Below are positions 18,792 through 29,286 of a stretch of DNA of 58,881 bases, in pieces. Below the pieces are notes generated by a model. The model saw only the letters and a program-made list of their open reading frames with translations, did not search any database and was not told where the DNA came from. This stretch comes from Candidatus Latescibacterota bacterium (GTDB taxonomy: Bacteria > Latescibacterota > UBA2968 > UBA8231), in the NCBI GenBank assembly GCA_965205655.1, contig CBDBIJ010000073.1:1-58881 (forward strand). Reading direction: 5' to 3'. The translations under genes and the position numbers were made by a program. The stretch's first letter is position 1. Every line of letters starts with the position of its first letter.

Positions 18792-20702
18792 CTACTGGTA
18801 GGGCACCGGTATTTCGTCCCCGTGCCAGGGAAAGGCATAGGTGGGACGATGCGCAAAACGGCGCATGCCGATGTCCAGCCGGATGGATGCAGCGGGTGGC
18901 AGCTGGACCGCGAAGTACTTCGACTCCACGGGGATGGTCTGATCGGCATGTGTCACTTCGCCAAACTCGTGCTCGGCGAAGGCCCCGGCCTGTACGATCA
19001 GATTTCGTGTCTCGCTGGTGTTCAAGTTGACCAGATGAACGCCGGCACTCTCGGCGTCCAGGCTGTCGACCAGAGCGGCCACATCGGGGGGCAGGCCGGG
19101 CCGGACGCGGTCTGAATCGAAATAACGCACGGTCGCTCGCAAGAGCCCGCCGGTGTACACCGATTGCGGTGCCCCCATCGTCACCTGCGTCAAGCCCTTG
19201 GTGTAGACCGGATTGGGGGATTCGACGTTGTCCGCGATCAGGGTCCGGGCATCGCGAGTTTCGTTTTGGATCGACTCGAAGGTAGTTTGAGCATTCTGGT
19301 ACTCGGCCTGCAGGATCTTCATCGGCCAGTCGGGGTTCTTGCCGTCGTAGTACTGGAAGCGGGCCAGTTCGGTGTCGGCGTAGCTCTTTTCTCCGAGGAC
19401 GGGCACGTGGTTCCAGTCGCGCTCTTTGTCGGTCTCGCGTATCCTGTTGATCAGGTCGTAGTCTTCGTCAGCCATAGAAGCGTGGTAGAGGTGGGCCAGC
19501 TCCTGCATGCGGTACGGTACAAACCGGCCCTTCTCATGATCGTAATTCTCCATCGCGTACTCCCAGCCATCGGGGCCATAGCGGGCCGGCAGAAGGAGCT
19601 GGCCGTCCTCGCGGGTGATGGCGTTGTCCATGAGGAGCTTGATCTGCGAGCGCAGCAGCTCCAGATAGCCGAAGTCGCCGGTGAGCAGGAGGGCGCATTC
19701 GGCGGCGATGGTGAGCGAGCTGAAAATTATATAGTGACCGACGAAGCTGTTCCAGCCGTAGAGGCCGCCCCACCACTGGCCCTGACGGTTTTCGCCGATC
19801 TGGCCGGTCAGTCCGACATTGTCGGGCATGATGCCGTTGTTGCGCTGCATGCGCTCCATCCACGCTTCCGTGTAGTCCAGCACCCACTGCCTGTACTTGT
19901 CCTCGCCGGTGTGGAGGTAGGCGTTGGTCATGAGGGCGGTCGAACCCAGGCTGTGGGGGACGTCGCCTTTGAGGACGATCTCGTCGAATAGCTTTAGTAT
20001 TTCGTCCCGACGCTCGGCGTTTTCAAACCAGTCCGGCTCTAGGTCCTCAACCACCGGACGAAGGGTGGCCCGCTTGCCGTAATAGCCGTGCTTGTCTCCA
20101 GCTCCTCCTTGAAGGTAACCGATCGCATTATCGAGACTGACGTGGCGCCAGGGGCCAACGCTCGCCTGCATGGGAGAGCGGAAGATTTTGTGTTTGGGAT
20201 CGTAGTTGGGTGCATCGGGATCCTCGTCCATGTACATTGCTGCAAATCGTCTGGCGCGGCGCACGTTTTCCGAAATGGTGGGGTCGGCCAGGCCGAAATG
20301 GTAGAAAGCCGTGTTGGCCTCGCCCATGTGGTACCACTCACTCGCACCGGGTGTTGCCAAGTTGAAGTATTCATTGTGGATCTGAGGCTTGAAGCGGGGG
20401 TGGACGCGACTGACGATATCGTCGGCGAAGAAACGGCTGGTTGCGTGCCACTGCTGCAACCCGAGGTCGAGCACCTGTCTGTCTGCCCCCATGGCGTAGA
20501 ACAAGCCCCAGTTATATGCCCTTTCGTAGAGGTCGTCTACGTCGTCGGCGTAGTAGAAGGCCCCACCTCTCTCCGCGTACTTGTCGACCATCGGCTGAAC
20601 GGCTTCCTCCATGAGCTTCATCAACCGGCGTTCCAGGAGCGCCCATCCGGGGGGCGGCGATACCTGAGTTGCCCTGATCTCGACCAATCCTGGGACTGTC
20701 AT
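18792..20702 (-). CDS. Conserved hypothetical protein (~636 aa; possible alpha/alpha-toroid enzyme)
   Basis: Long ORF with motifs PPGWALLER, DDLYE, WYHMGE, PDNVG..G..G...G.WWGG.YGW and RPGLPPDVAALV. Its N-terminus is homologous to the fragment at 24553. Confidence 0.7.
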   Translation of the reverse strand: MTVPGLVEIRATQVSPPPGWALLERRLMKLMEEAVQPMVDKYAERGGAFYYADDVDDLYERAYNWGLFYAMGADRQVLDLGLQQWHATSRFFADDIVSRVHPRFKPQIHNEYFNLATPGASEWYHMGEANTAFYHFGLADPTISENVRRARRFAAMYMDEDPDAPNYDPKHKIFRSPMQASVGPWRHVSLDNAIGYLQGGAGDKHGYYGKRATLRPVVEDLEPDWFENAERRDEILKLFDEIVLKGDVPHSLGSTALMTNAYLHTGEDKYRQWVLDYTEAWMERMQRNNGIMPDNVGLTGQIGENRQGQWWGGLYGWNSFVGHYIIFSSLTIAAECALLLTGDFGYLELLRSQIKLLMDNAITREDGQLLLPARYGPDGWEYAMENYDHEKGRFVPYRMQELAHLYHASMADEDYDLINRIRETDKERDWNHVPVLGEKSYADTELARFQYYDGKNPDWPMKILQAEYQNAQTTFESIQNETRDARTLIADNVESPNPVYTKGLTQVTMGAPQSVYTGGLLRATVRYFDSDRVRPGLPPDVAALVDSLDAESAGVHLVNLNTSETRNLIVQAGAFAEHEFGEVTHADQTIPVESKYFAVQLPPAASIRLDIGMRRFAHRPTYAFPWHGDEIPVPYQ

Positions 20703-20852
20703 CGGTTCTGCAATCCGATCGTTATATGCTGTGGTCTGGAAGTGCTGGCGGAATGAGAGCCTCTTTGGCGTGGATCCCACAGCACCGTGCTAATATCTGC
20801 TACCGAGGTTGCTGGGGCAATGTGATCAAAGGGGAGTTAAGGCCGCTCTGAA

Positions 20853-22856
20853 ATGTTGAATAGGTTTGTCTTTCTGCGTAACGTTTTCCGAGTGAAAGAG
20901 GATAAACACATCTCGCCTTCCACGATCCGTTTTCGGGGGATGGTGGTGGGCGTACTGCTCAGCGGCCTGCTCGCCGCCGGTATCCCCTACGGAGAGTTCG
21001 TGATCAAAGGAACTCGCCTGGGGCTGAGCTCGTCTACCCCAGCCGCGCTCTTCTTGCTGTTCGTACTATTGGTCATCGTGCAACCAGTGCTGGGAACGGT
21101 CCGGCGAAGTTGGCTGCTCACTCGGGCCGAATTGCTCCTCGTCACTGTGATGATGATGCTGGCTAACGCCATCCCCTCCAGGGGGTTCAGCGGACCGGCT
21201 CTTGGAATGGTGGCCGGCGCCGTCTACTACGCCACGCCGGAAAACAGCTGGGCCGAGCAGCTCATCCCGTACATACCCAGCTGGGTCGTCAATCACGATG
21301 CGGAATCGGTACGGAGCTTTCATGAGGGGATTGCCGCCGGCCAATCCATTCCCTGGTCGGCCTGGCTCGAGCCCCTGAGTCTGTGGTTGCTGTTCATGGT
21401 CGGGTTCTACACGGTGCTCATCTGTTCGATGGTCATCATGCGACGGCAATGGATGGAGAACGAACGGTTGCTCTACCCCTTGACTCAGGTGCCCCTGGGA
21501 ATGATCGAGGATGGGGAAGACTCCTCATCACGGATCAAGCCGTTCATGAAAAATCCGTTCCTGTGGGCGGGGTTTGCCGTTCCTTTTCTGATCAACAGCG
21601 TCAGTGCGCTGAGTGGGTATTACGAGTTCGTGCCCAGGCTCAACATCGAGCACCGATTCTTCATGGCAGCCAATACGGTGGAGCTCCTGATTCGACCCAA
21701 CTTCATGATCATGGGTCTGGCCTACTTCATCAACACGGGGCTCGCCTTCAGCATGTGGTTCTTTTTCCTGCTGACGAAATCGCAGGAAGCCATCTGTTCC
21801 ATTATGGGCCTGCACAACACCGAACAGCTCGACGCGTTCAGTCACACCTACAATTCGCCCACGATGGGGATTCTGAGCCACCAGACGATGGGAGCCATGA
21901 TCGTCGTGGTGTTGGTAGGCCTGTGGACGGCTCGGGCCCATCTGGGGAACGTCATCAGGCAGGCCGTACAAGGTGTCAGGGGACGCGACCACGGGGAACT
22001 CCTGTCGTATCGCGCCGCGGCCATCGGTCTGCTGGCCGGTCTCGCCGTCATGGCGGTGTGGATCTGGCGCAGCGGGATGCCAGCCTGGGCTACGGGGCTA
22101 TACCTCTTTGGTACTTTCGTCATTTTTCTGGCCCTGACCCGCGTGATCGTAGAGGCCGGACTGTCCTCTGCCGTCGCTGGCGTGTCGGCCGCAGGTTTTC
22201 TCGTATCGGGCGTGGGGGCCTCTTCACTGGGTACGACCGGCATGCTCGCCACCGGATTCACTCTCGCATGGGCTGGTGATCTCCTCGTATTCATGATGGC
22301 GCCGGTGGCAAACGGACTTCGCATGTTGCACGGATTACAGAAGTACCGGTACCGCATTCTGTGTATGATGGCACTGGCGCTGGCCATTTCTCTGGTGGGA
22401 TCGCTCTACACAACGCTGCAGCTGGGATACCGATACGGCGCCATCAATCTGGGGGGGTACTTCGCCGGCGGCTGGGCGCGCGAGCCGATGGAGCTCGCCA
22501 GCCGCCTGCTCTCTCCCCCGACTGAGCCGTATATGCCTGGCTGGATATGGACCGGGGTGGGAGCTGCTGTGGCAGCCCTGTTGATCCTGGCAAAGCAGCG
22601 ACTGCCTGGGTGGCCGCTGCACCCCATCGGCTTTCTGGCGGGTGGCACCTGGATTATGGGAGGGGTATGGTCTAGTATTTTCGTGGCCTGGCTGGTGAAG
22701 GCCAGCGTGCTGAGATACAGCGGCCCAAGGGGCTACCGCATCACCCGCTGGTTCTTTCTCGGCTTGATCCTCGGACAGGTGGTGGCGGGCGGATTCTGGA
22801 TGGTCGTCGACGGTTTTACGGGAATGCGCGGCAGCAGACATATCTGGATGTATTGA
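20853..22856 (+). CDS. Polytopic membrane protein, putative transporter (DUF6785/DUF6784-like)
   Basis: About 15 hydrophobic segments; motifs YYATPENSW, LRRQW-like MRRQWMENERLLYPL, WPLHPIG and FFLGLILG. Confidence 0.7.
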   Translation: MLNRFVFLRNVFRVKEDKHISPSTIRFRGMVVGVLLSGLLAAGIPYGEFVIKGTRLGLSSSTPAALFLLFVLLVIVQPVLGTVRRSWLLTRAELLLVTVMMMLANAIPSRGFSGPALGMVAGAVYYATPENSWAEQLIPYIPSWVVNHDAESVRSFHEGIAAGQSIPWSAWLEPLSLWLLFMVGFYTVLICSMVIMRRQWMENERLLYPLTQVPLGMIEDGEDSSSRIKPFMKNPFLWAGFAVPFLINSVSALSGYYEFVPRLNIEHRFFMAANTVELLIRPNFMIMGLAYFINTGLAFSMWFFFLLTKSQEAICSIMGLHNTEQLDAFSHTYNSPTMGILSHQTMGAMIVVVLVGLWTARAHLGNVIRQAVQGVRGRDHGELLSYRAAAIGLLAGLAVMAVWIWRSGMPAWATGLYLFGTFVIFLALTRVIVEAGLSSAVAGVSAAGFLVSGVGASSLGTTGMLATGFTLAWAGDLLVFMMAPVANGLRMLHGLQKYRYRILCMMALALAISLVGSLYTTLQLGYRYGAINLGGYFAGGWAREPMELASRLLSPPTEPYMPGWIWTGVGAAVAALLILAKQRLPGWPLHPIGFLAGGTWIMGGVWSSIFVAWLVKASVLRYSGPRGYRITRWFFLGLILGQVVAGGFWMVVDGFTGMRGSRHIWMY

Positions 22857-22866
22857 GTTGGAAAAA

Positions 22867-22971
22867 ATGAAAGTGGAATAGTGGACGACAGGCAGAGGGT
22901 AGCGCGCAGCGCGCTGGCGCCGTCGGCGCATCATCTACAACAACGACGGCGGATTCACCATGTGGAAGTGA
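22867..22971 (+). pseudogene. Degenerate N-terminal remnant (RRRRIIYNNDGG) of a glycoside-hydrolase-like gene
   Basis: The frame from ATG 22867 contains two TAG stops, then reads RRRRIIYNNDGGFTMWK*. Confidence 0.35.
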
Positions 22972-23192
22972 AGGGGATAGCTCCCTTTTTCGGTGAGATT
23001 GTCGTGTCCCGCAGCCGTAGGCGCTGTGGGCATTGTGGTAGATATGGAGAGGAGCAGATATGTCATCACGCCAGGTGTATCTTTCTGGGCAGATCGTTCC
23101 TGAAGCAGACGCCAAGATTTCGGACAACGCCGAACGCATATGGCAGCTGTCATAAGACTGCTCACAGTCGCAGCGATAGCGATGAGACCGGG

Positions 23193-23247
23193 TGATCGAA
23201 AATCTGGAGGCGAGCAGAGCATGATCGAAAATTTGGAGGTGAGCAGA
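23193..23247 (+). repeat. Tandem direct repeat (26 bp, period 29) containing the RBS
   Basis: TGATCGAAAATCTGGAGGCGAGCAGA (23193-23218) and TGATCGAAAATTTGGAGGTGAGCAGA (23222-23247), 2 mismatches. Confidence 0.85.
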
Positions 23248-23249
23248 AA

Positions 23250-24542
23250 TTGAAAGTCGTCGATGTCGAACGGATCACCGTAGTTGTGCCGTTCACGCCT
23301 CGCCAGCAGCAGATTACGGCGAGAGAGGTCTACAACTGGAACATCCTCGAGCTATGCAAAGTTTCGACAGATACCGGGCACGTGGGCTGGGGGGAAACGG
23401 TCGTCCACTACACCTGGAGCCGCCCAACCGACGAGACCGTGGAAAAGGTCGTCGGTCAAAGCCCGGCCCGCATGATGCATAACGACTCTCTGGGTTGCGG
23501 TCTGCAGATGGCACTGTTCGACGTGGTCGGCAAGATCCTCGAGGTGCCTGTCTACCAGCTGCTGGGCACCAAGGTCAGGGACTGGGTGCCGATCTCCTGG
23601 TGGTCGATGGATGCATCACCATCTGTGTGGGCCGAAGAGGCGCAGGAGGCCGTTGCCAACGGATACACCAGCTTCAAGCTGAAAGCCCGCCCCTGGTGGG
23701 ACATTGTGGAACAGGTAGAGGCCATCGACCAGGTCGTGCCACGCCACTTCAAGCTCGACCTGGATCCGAACGGGACCTTCCAGACCCCGGCGGCAGCCAT
23801 CCCCATCATCAAGAAACTGGAACGCTACGACATCGTGGCCATGTTCGAGGAGCCCATCCCCCGGGATGACATCCTGGGCAACCGGCGGATTCGACAGGCC
23901 ATCGATCGTCCCATCGTCATGCATTTCGGGGGCCTGCCCTATGTCACGCTTGTACGGGAGGAGATCTGCGACGGGTTTGTGCTGTGCGCCGGCGAATCCG
24001 CGGTTACGCGGCAGGGGATTCTCGCCGCTGAAGCCCGCATGCCATTCTGGCTGCAGCTGGTCGGCAACGCTCTGACCACCGTGTGGGCCGCCCACCTGGG
24101 GGCCGTTCTCACACACGCCACCTGGCCGGCGATCACCTGTATCAATCTGTATGCCCACCAGCTGATAAAAAAAAGGATCGAGGTCGTGGGTGGGTATCAT
24201 GAAGTGCCCGGTGGTCCGGGACTCGGAGTCGAGGTCGACGAAGACGCAGTAGAGAAATTCCGCGTGCCCGAGTCGGACCTCAGCCCCTTTCGAGAAAAAG
24301 GTCAGCCATACAACCATCCGGAGCCCCGCATCATCAGCACCATCGTCTACCCGGACGGTAGCTGCGTCCACATGGCTCATGCTAATCGGGGCTACGCATA
24401 CTTCATGGAATCCCGCAACGGACCCGCGCAGGTCGAAGGGGTTCGGCTCGAACTGTTGCCCGACGACGGTTCAAAGGAGTGGGCCAGTCTTTTCGAACGC
24501 GCCAGCATCCAGCCGGTCCGCGATCGCTACCAAAGCAGCTGA
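23250..24542 (+). CDS. Mandelate racemase/muconate lactonizing enzyme (enolase superfamily)
   Basis: GWGE, ALFDVVGK...PVYQLLG, KLK (KxK), LDPN, FEEP, PGLGVEVDE. Confidence 0.9.
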   Translation: MKVVDVERITVVVPFTPRQQQITAREVYNWNILELCKVSTDTGHVGWGETVVHYTWSRPTDETVEKVVGQSPARMMHNDSLGCGLQMALFDVVGKILEVPVYQLLGTKVRDWVPISWWSMDASPSVWAEEAQEAVANGYTSFKLKARPWWDIVEQVEAIDQVVPRHFKLDLDPNGTFQTPAAAIPIIKKLERYDIVAMFEEPIPRDDILGNRRIRQAIDRPIVMHFGGLPYVTLVREEICDGFVLCAGESAVTRQGILAAEARMPFWLQLVGNALTTVWAAHLGAVLTHATWPAITCINLYAHQLIKKRIEVVGGYHEVPGGPGLGVEVDEDAVEKFRVPESDLSPFREKGQPYNHPEPRIISTIVYPDGSCVHMAHANRGYAYFMESRNGPAQVEGVRLELLPDDGSKEWASLFERASIQPVRDRYQSS

Positions 24543-24552
24543 GGGGTGTGAA

Positions 24553-26200
24553 ATGCAGCTAAATCTGAGTCACGCTGATGTGACCATCGACAAGCCAGTG
24601 TCGCCACCAGCCTGGGCCCTGATGGAGCGTGAGCTGATCCGCGCCCAGACGAGTACTTGCGAAGCCTTCTTCGCCAAGTACTTCGACGAGCGGGGATATC
24701 TCAAATGCATCCCGCGCTGGGGTGGCAACGACGGTCCCGACGATGCCATCGAAAACCTGGTCCACTGGCCCACCCTCTACGTCCTGGGTGGCTCCGATTC
24801 AATCATGGAGATGTGCAAGCTGGCATGGGTAAATGGCATATCCTCGAAGAAGGGCAGAGGGGGCGCTTTTTTCGACTACGACGGCGATCGTTACCTCGAC
24901 ATCTATTTGGTCAACGGATCGACCCTCGAAGCTCCCGTCAGCGGGATTGCCAGACGTAATGCCCTCTACCGCAATCAGTTAAACGGAACATTTCGCGACG
25001 TCACCGAGGCGGCGGGCGTGGGGGATACCGCCTGGGGAATGGGTTGTGTCAGCGCCGACTACGACAACAACGGGCACGTGGACCTGTATGTCACCAACTA
25101 CGGCCCCAACCGTCTCTACCGCCACGAGGGGGACGGCCGCTTTGCGGACATTTCCGGCTTCGCCGGAGTCGACGACTCTCGATGGAGTACGGGCGCCGCC
25201 TTCGGCGACTACGATCTGGACGGCGATCTGGATCTCTACGTGGCGAACTACGTGGATTTCAATCCGGATCTGCAGCGAGAGAATCGTCCGTTCTGCCAGT
25301 GGAAGTCGGTGGATGTATTCTGCGGCCCCCGCAGCCTCCAGGGTGCGGCAGACCGCCTCTACCGCAACGACGGCAACGGCCGGTTTGTCGAGGTCACCGC
25401 TGAGGCGGGCGTCGAGGACAGAGATGAGACTACGGATTTGCTGCTCTGTTCGGTGACTATGACCTGGACGGCTGGCCCGATCTGTTCATCGCCAATGACT
25501 CGACTCCCAATCTGCTCTACCACAACCGTGGCGACGGATCATTTTGCGAGGTGTCCCTGGCGGCCGGTGTGGCCTACAACTACGAGGGAAAGAGCCAGGC
25601 CGGAATGGGAGCGGCTTTCGGCGACTTCGATGGAGACGGTTTTCCTGATTTTTTCGTGACCCACTTTGCCAGCGACTACAACGCCCTCTACCGCAACCAG
25701 GCCGGCAGCCACTTTCTGGACGTTACCATGCAGGCTGGATTGGGTGACAAGAGTCTACCGTACGTGGGTTGGGGCACTTGCTTCATCGACTACGACCATG
25801 ACGCTGACCTGGATCTCTTCGTGGCGAACGGTCACGCCTATCCCCAGATCGACACGCTCCAACGGGGTGAGGAGACGTATTCACAACCCAATCAGCTATT
25901 CAAGAACAGGGGAGACGGTAGTTTCGGGGAGGTCATGGGCGTGGCCGTATTGGAGCAGCGCCGGGTAAGCAGGGGAAGCTGCATGGGTGACTACGACAAC
26001 GACGGCGATCTCGATCTACTGGTTTTCAATCTGGACGAGCGGCCTACGCTGCTGCGCAACGACGGGGCTGCAGGGAACTGGCTGCTGGTACGCCTGATGG
26101 GGCAGGGGTCCACTGGCCGTCCGGTGTTGCCGATCGACTCTACGGCGTGGAGGCGAGCCGCTCGATTGCGCTGGTGGAGGGGGAGGCGCGCCGCAACCCC
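24553..26200 (+). pseudogene. Chimeric remnant: ~92 aa of the 18792..20702 family fused in frame to a truncated CRTAC1/FG-GAP repeat protein
   Basis: PPAWALMERELI...DDAIEN...LAW joins VNGISSKK-GRGGAFFDYDGD at ~24830. Multiple GDYDxDGDxDL repeats follow, with a frameshift at ~25429. The CRTAC1 part has no signal peptide and no intact C-terminal ASPIC/UnbV region. Confidence 0.7.
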
Positions 26201-27538
26201 TTACCTTGACCGCTTTCCGTTCAACTTGAAATGCGGCAGGTGCGCCCTGTTTTTCCTGAACATCTCGTCAACCATCTTTCGCGTCTCGGCCAGCGACAGC
26301 TTGCTAGCCGTCAGTGGATCGTGGGCAATCGCCTGGTATACCGCGTCTCGATCGCCTCTGATACAACCCTCCACAGCCATCATTTCGGTCTGGGCGCTCA
26401 GATTCGTCAGGATGGCGCATGAATCGGGCAGCCGTCCCGCCCGAATCGGCTCCAGCCGCCGGTGACTGGCCAGCACCGGCACCTCGACACAGGCCCCCTC
26501 GGGCAGATTGTCCACCAGCCCCGCATTGGGCACGTTGCCGTTGAACTTGAACAACTCGCCTCCGAGATAGGCGTTGATGATCGATGCCGCGTACTCGTGG
26601 CCCCGCTTGAGCTCGATCGGCTGATCGCTGTTGAGCCACTCGCGCACATCTTTTCTCCACGTTTTGTCGCGCTTCCAGTAGTGTTTCAGGACGTAGGCGT
26701 TCTGGCCCGGATTCCAACCAGTGCTATGGGTGCAGTATTTCGATATCAGATCGCGTCTCTTGCGGAACCACCAGTTGTACTCCGAGTTGTGACCGGACGA
26801 CTCGGTGACGTAGTAGCCAAGCGCCATCAACATTTCGTTTCTTACTCGTTCCTCGTTGTAGACCTTTTTCTGAGTCGATACGATGCGGTGCAGCTTGGGA
26901 TATTGGTTGCGTCCCCGGTACTCGAGCTTGAGGTACCACGCCATATGGTTGATGCCCGCGCACACGTAGTCCAGTTTCTCGGATTTGACGCCGAGCCAGC
27001 GGGCGATCATCTCCGCCGTTCCCTGCACGCTGTGACACAATCCCGTGACATTGATGGAGGTCTCGCGCTGCATGGCGTGGCACAGCATCGCCATCGGATT
27101 CGTGTAATTGAGCATGATGGCCTGCGGACACAGCTCCTCCATGTCGCGGCAGATATCGAGCATCGTCGGAGTTGTGCGCAATGCCCTGAAAATGCCACTC
27201 GGTCCTCGCGTGTCCCCGACGTTGATATCGATGCCGTATTTCTTCGGGATCAGAATGTCGTGCTGCCACACCGAGGTCTTGCCGCACAGAATAGTCACGC
27301 AGACTGCATCGGCGCCCTTCAGGACCTCGCGGCGATCCGTTGTCGCCGTCACTGTCGCCGGGTAGTTGCCCATCCCGACGATCTTCTCGCACGCTCGTCG
27401 AGCGAAGCTCAGCCGCTCCTTGTTGATGTCGACGAGGGCGATCTCGCAGCCCTCCAAAAGCGGAAACGTCAGGATGTCTCTTACCAGCCCGCGCGTGAAT
27501 CCGAAGCTGCCCGCGCCGATGAACACGATTTTTACCAT
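26201..27538 (-). CDS. melA: Alpha-galactosidase, GH4 (NAD-dependent)
   Basis: [41 protein letters not shown]. Confidence 0.85.
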   Translation of the reverse strand: MVKIVFIGAGSFGFTRGLVRDILTFPLLEGCEIALVDINKERLSFARRACEKIVGMGNYPATVTATTDRREVLKGADAVCVTILCGKTSVWQHDILIPKKYGIDINVGDTRGPSGIFRALRTTPTMLDICRDMEELCPQAIMLNYTNPMAMLCHAMQRETSINVTGLCHSVQGTAEMIARWLGVKSEKLDYVCAGINHMAWYLKLEYRGRNQYPKLHRIVSTQKKVYNEERVRNEMLMALGYYVTESSGHNSEYNWWFRKRRDLISKYCTHSTGWNPGQNAYVLKHYWKRDKTWRKDVREWLNSDQPIELKRGHEYAASIINAYLGGELFKFNGNVPNAGLVDNLPEGACVEVPVLASHRRLEPIRAGRLPDSCAILTNLSAQTEMMAVEGCIRGDRDAVYQAIAHDPLTASKLSLAETRKMVDEMFRKNRAHLPHFKLNGKRSR

Positions 27539-27560
27539 GGAGCCGAATTCCTCCCTTCTC

Positions 27561-28422
27561 TCAAGGCCGGGGGCGTCGCTGCCATTTCGGCCAACTCACT
27601 CTCCGACGCTCGAAATCATCCGGGGTACTGAACGGCAAATCATACAGATGCACGGCGTATGGCGCAAAGGAGTCTTCCAGGACTCCGCCCGCAATGTCAA
27701 CGAGCCTGTACTCGGAGCGAACCGCGGCCCGTGGCGCGATTCCGTCAACCGGGACCTTTATTCTGGCTTTGACCGGTGAGTCGAAACCGTTGACGGCGAT
27801 CAGTAAGTAGCCGCGCTCGCCCTTGCGCAGCGACAGATGCAACGCAGTGTAGCCGAAGTTGGAGGGTTCCGCAGACCCTTGAATGATCTCCGCCTCGATC
27901 GTGCCGGGCTCCTCCCTGGCCACGAGATAGGGCGTCAAACCGCGTAGCTCCGCAGTCAGGTCCAGGGACTGGGCATAGTACGCCGGCTCCGATTCCCGTG
28001 GCCACCAATCGGCGGCATGATAGGCGAAATGGATGACGCCGACGATGCCGTGCGCGATGGACAGGTAGGTCATGCAGCGGACCTCCTCCATATTCGGAGC
28101 GCGCTCGTAATCTTCAGTCTGCATCGACATCTGGATGTACATCCAGCCCGGCTTGCCGACCGCGCCCTTGACGACGGCCTCGGAGTTTTGCGCCACGTGC
28201 GTCAGGGGATAATCGGGAACGGGGTAGACGTCGTCGGAGTGGATGTCCGCGACGTGGCTCGTGCCCACAAGGAAGAACGGCTCCCCGTTCAGGAATAGAC
28301 GTCCTTTGCGTGTCTCGACTCTCTCGACCCGGCGGGGGAAGCTTTGCCCACGCCGGCAATCCGCTAAGCATGGTGACCCCAATGATAAGCAGCACTCCTT
28401 TCACAGCCTGCCCCCTACTCAT
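27561..28422 (-). pseudogene. Secreted glycoside-hydrolase-like protein, apparently internally deleted
   Basis: Signal peptide MSRGQAVKGVLLIIGVTMLSGLPAWA; +1 shift in the G5 run at 28334-28338; LFLNGEPFFLVG sits almost directly against DVYP...EEVRCMTYLSIAHG, too short for a full TIM barrel. Confidence 0.5.
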
Positions 28423-29170
28423 CGAGTGCGAAAACGAGATCGGTGAATTCTTCGTAGCGGTGGAAGTTCAGCTCGGTCAGGTGGGCCGTCGACGAGTGCT
28501 CGGGGTTTTCGAGACCGCCGTTGTAGTTGTAACGGCACACGGCGAATTGCCAGACGGAACCCGAAGGAGGCGGTGCGTCGAGACCGAAAGCGCGCCAGGG
28601 CACGCATATTTCCACGGCCCAGGTGCCGTCCGCTGCGGCCACGCGCTTGGTCGTATGGCTGGTCGGGGAAACGACCTGTTCCCAGGTGACGGTTCCATTT
28701 GAGAACTGAGTGCGGTCCGGAATGTGTATGTCCATCATGAAGTCGTTGGGCGTCACGTGAATCTCCCAGTAGTCCGATCGGTCGATTCCCGGTTTGACGA
28801 AAACCTCGACGACGTCGCCCAGGGTCCACATCTTCTGGTCGTCGGCCGTGGCCCGGGAGAAGATGTCACTGTCATGGAGATAGGCGTAGAAGGACAGGCC
28901 CTGCTCCGTCGCGCCGACGTATGCCAGACCAGTCTCGGACGGAAGCAGGTCCGGTCCGTTCCAGAATTGCCTCAATTGCAGGGGCTCACAGCTGCCGTAT
29001 TTGTCAGGGTGGGCGACGCTGAAGTCGTTGACGGTGCCGGATATTTTCGGGCATGAAATCGACGGGTTAGGCATGGGCAAGTCCCGCCTCTCCGCGGGTT
29101 GCGTACAGCGAGTGCAGAGCGCCGCTGCCAGGATCATCCACCAGAAGTGCGGAGAACCATTTGCGCTCAT
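28415..29170 (-). CDS. Carbohydrate-binding family 9-like protein
   Basis: GDVVEVF, YWEIHVTP, WAVEICVPW..FG, WQFAVCRY; possible N-terminal signal. Confidence 0.75.
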   Translation of the reverse strand: MSANGSPHFWWMILAAALCTRCTQPAERRDLPMPNPSISCPKISGTVNDFSVAHPDKYGSCEPLQLRQFWNGPDLLPSETGLAYVGATEQGLSFYAYLHDSDIFSRATADDQKMWTLGDVVEVFVKPGIDRSDYWEIHVTPNDFMMDIHIPDRTQFSNGTVTWEQVVSPTSHTTKRVAAADGTWAVEICVPWRAFGLDAPPPSGSVWQFAVCRYNYNGGLENPEHSSTAHLTELNFHRYEEFTDLVFALDE

Positions 29171-29286
29171 GAGAGCTTGACGCAAGGGGGCAAAATCGTG
29201 ACCATCCACCAACCGCAGTCCCATCGTGGTGAGCGACACGATACGAATTGACCTGGCCTCACGCAAATATTCGGAGAATTTGGCTA

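Noticed and set aside
23193..23247. 26 bp repeat as a mini-CRISPR
   Set aside because: Only two copies with a 3 nt gap, no spacer and no cas genes.
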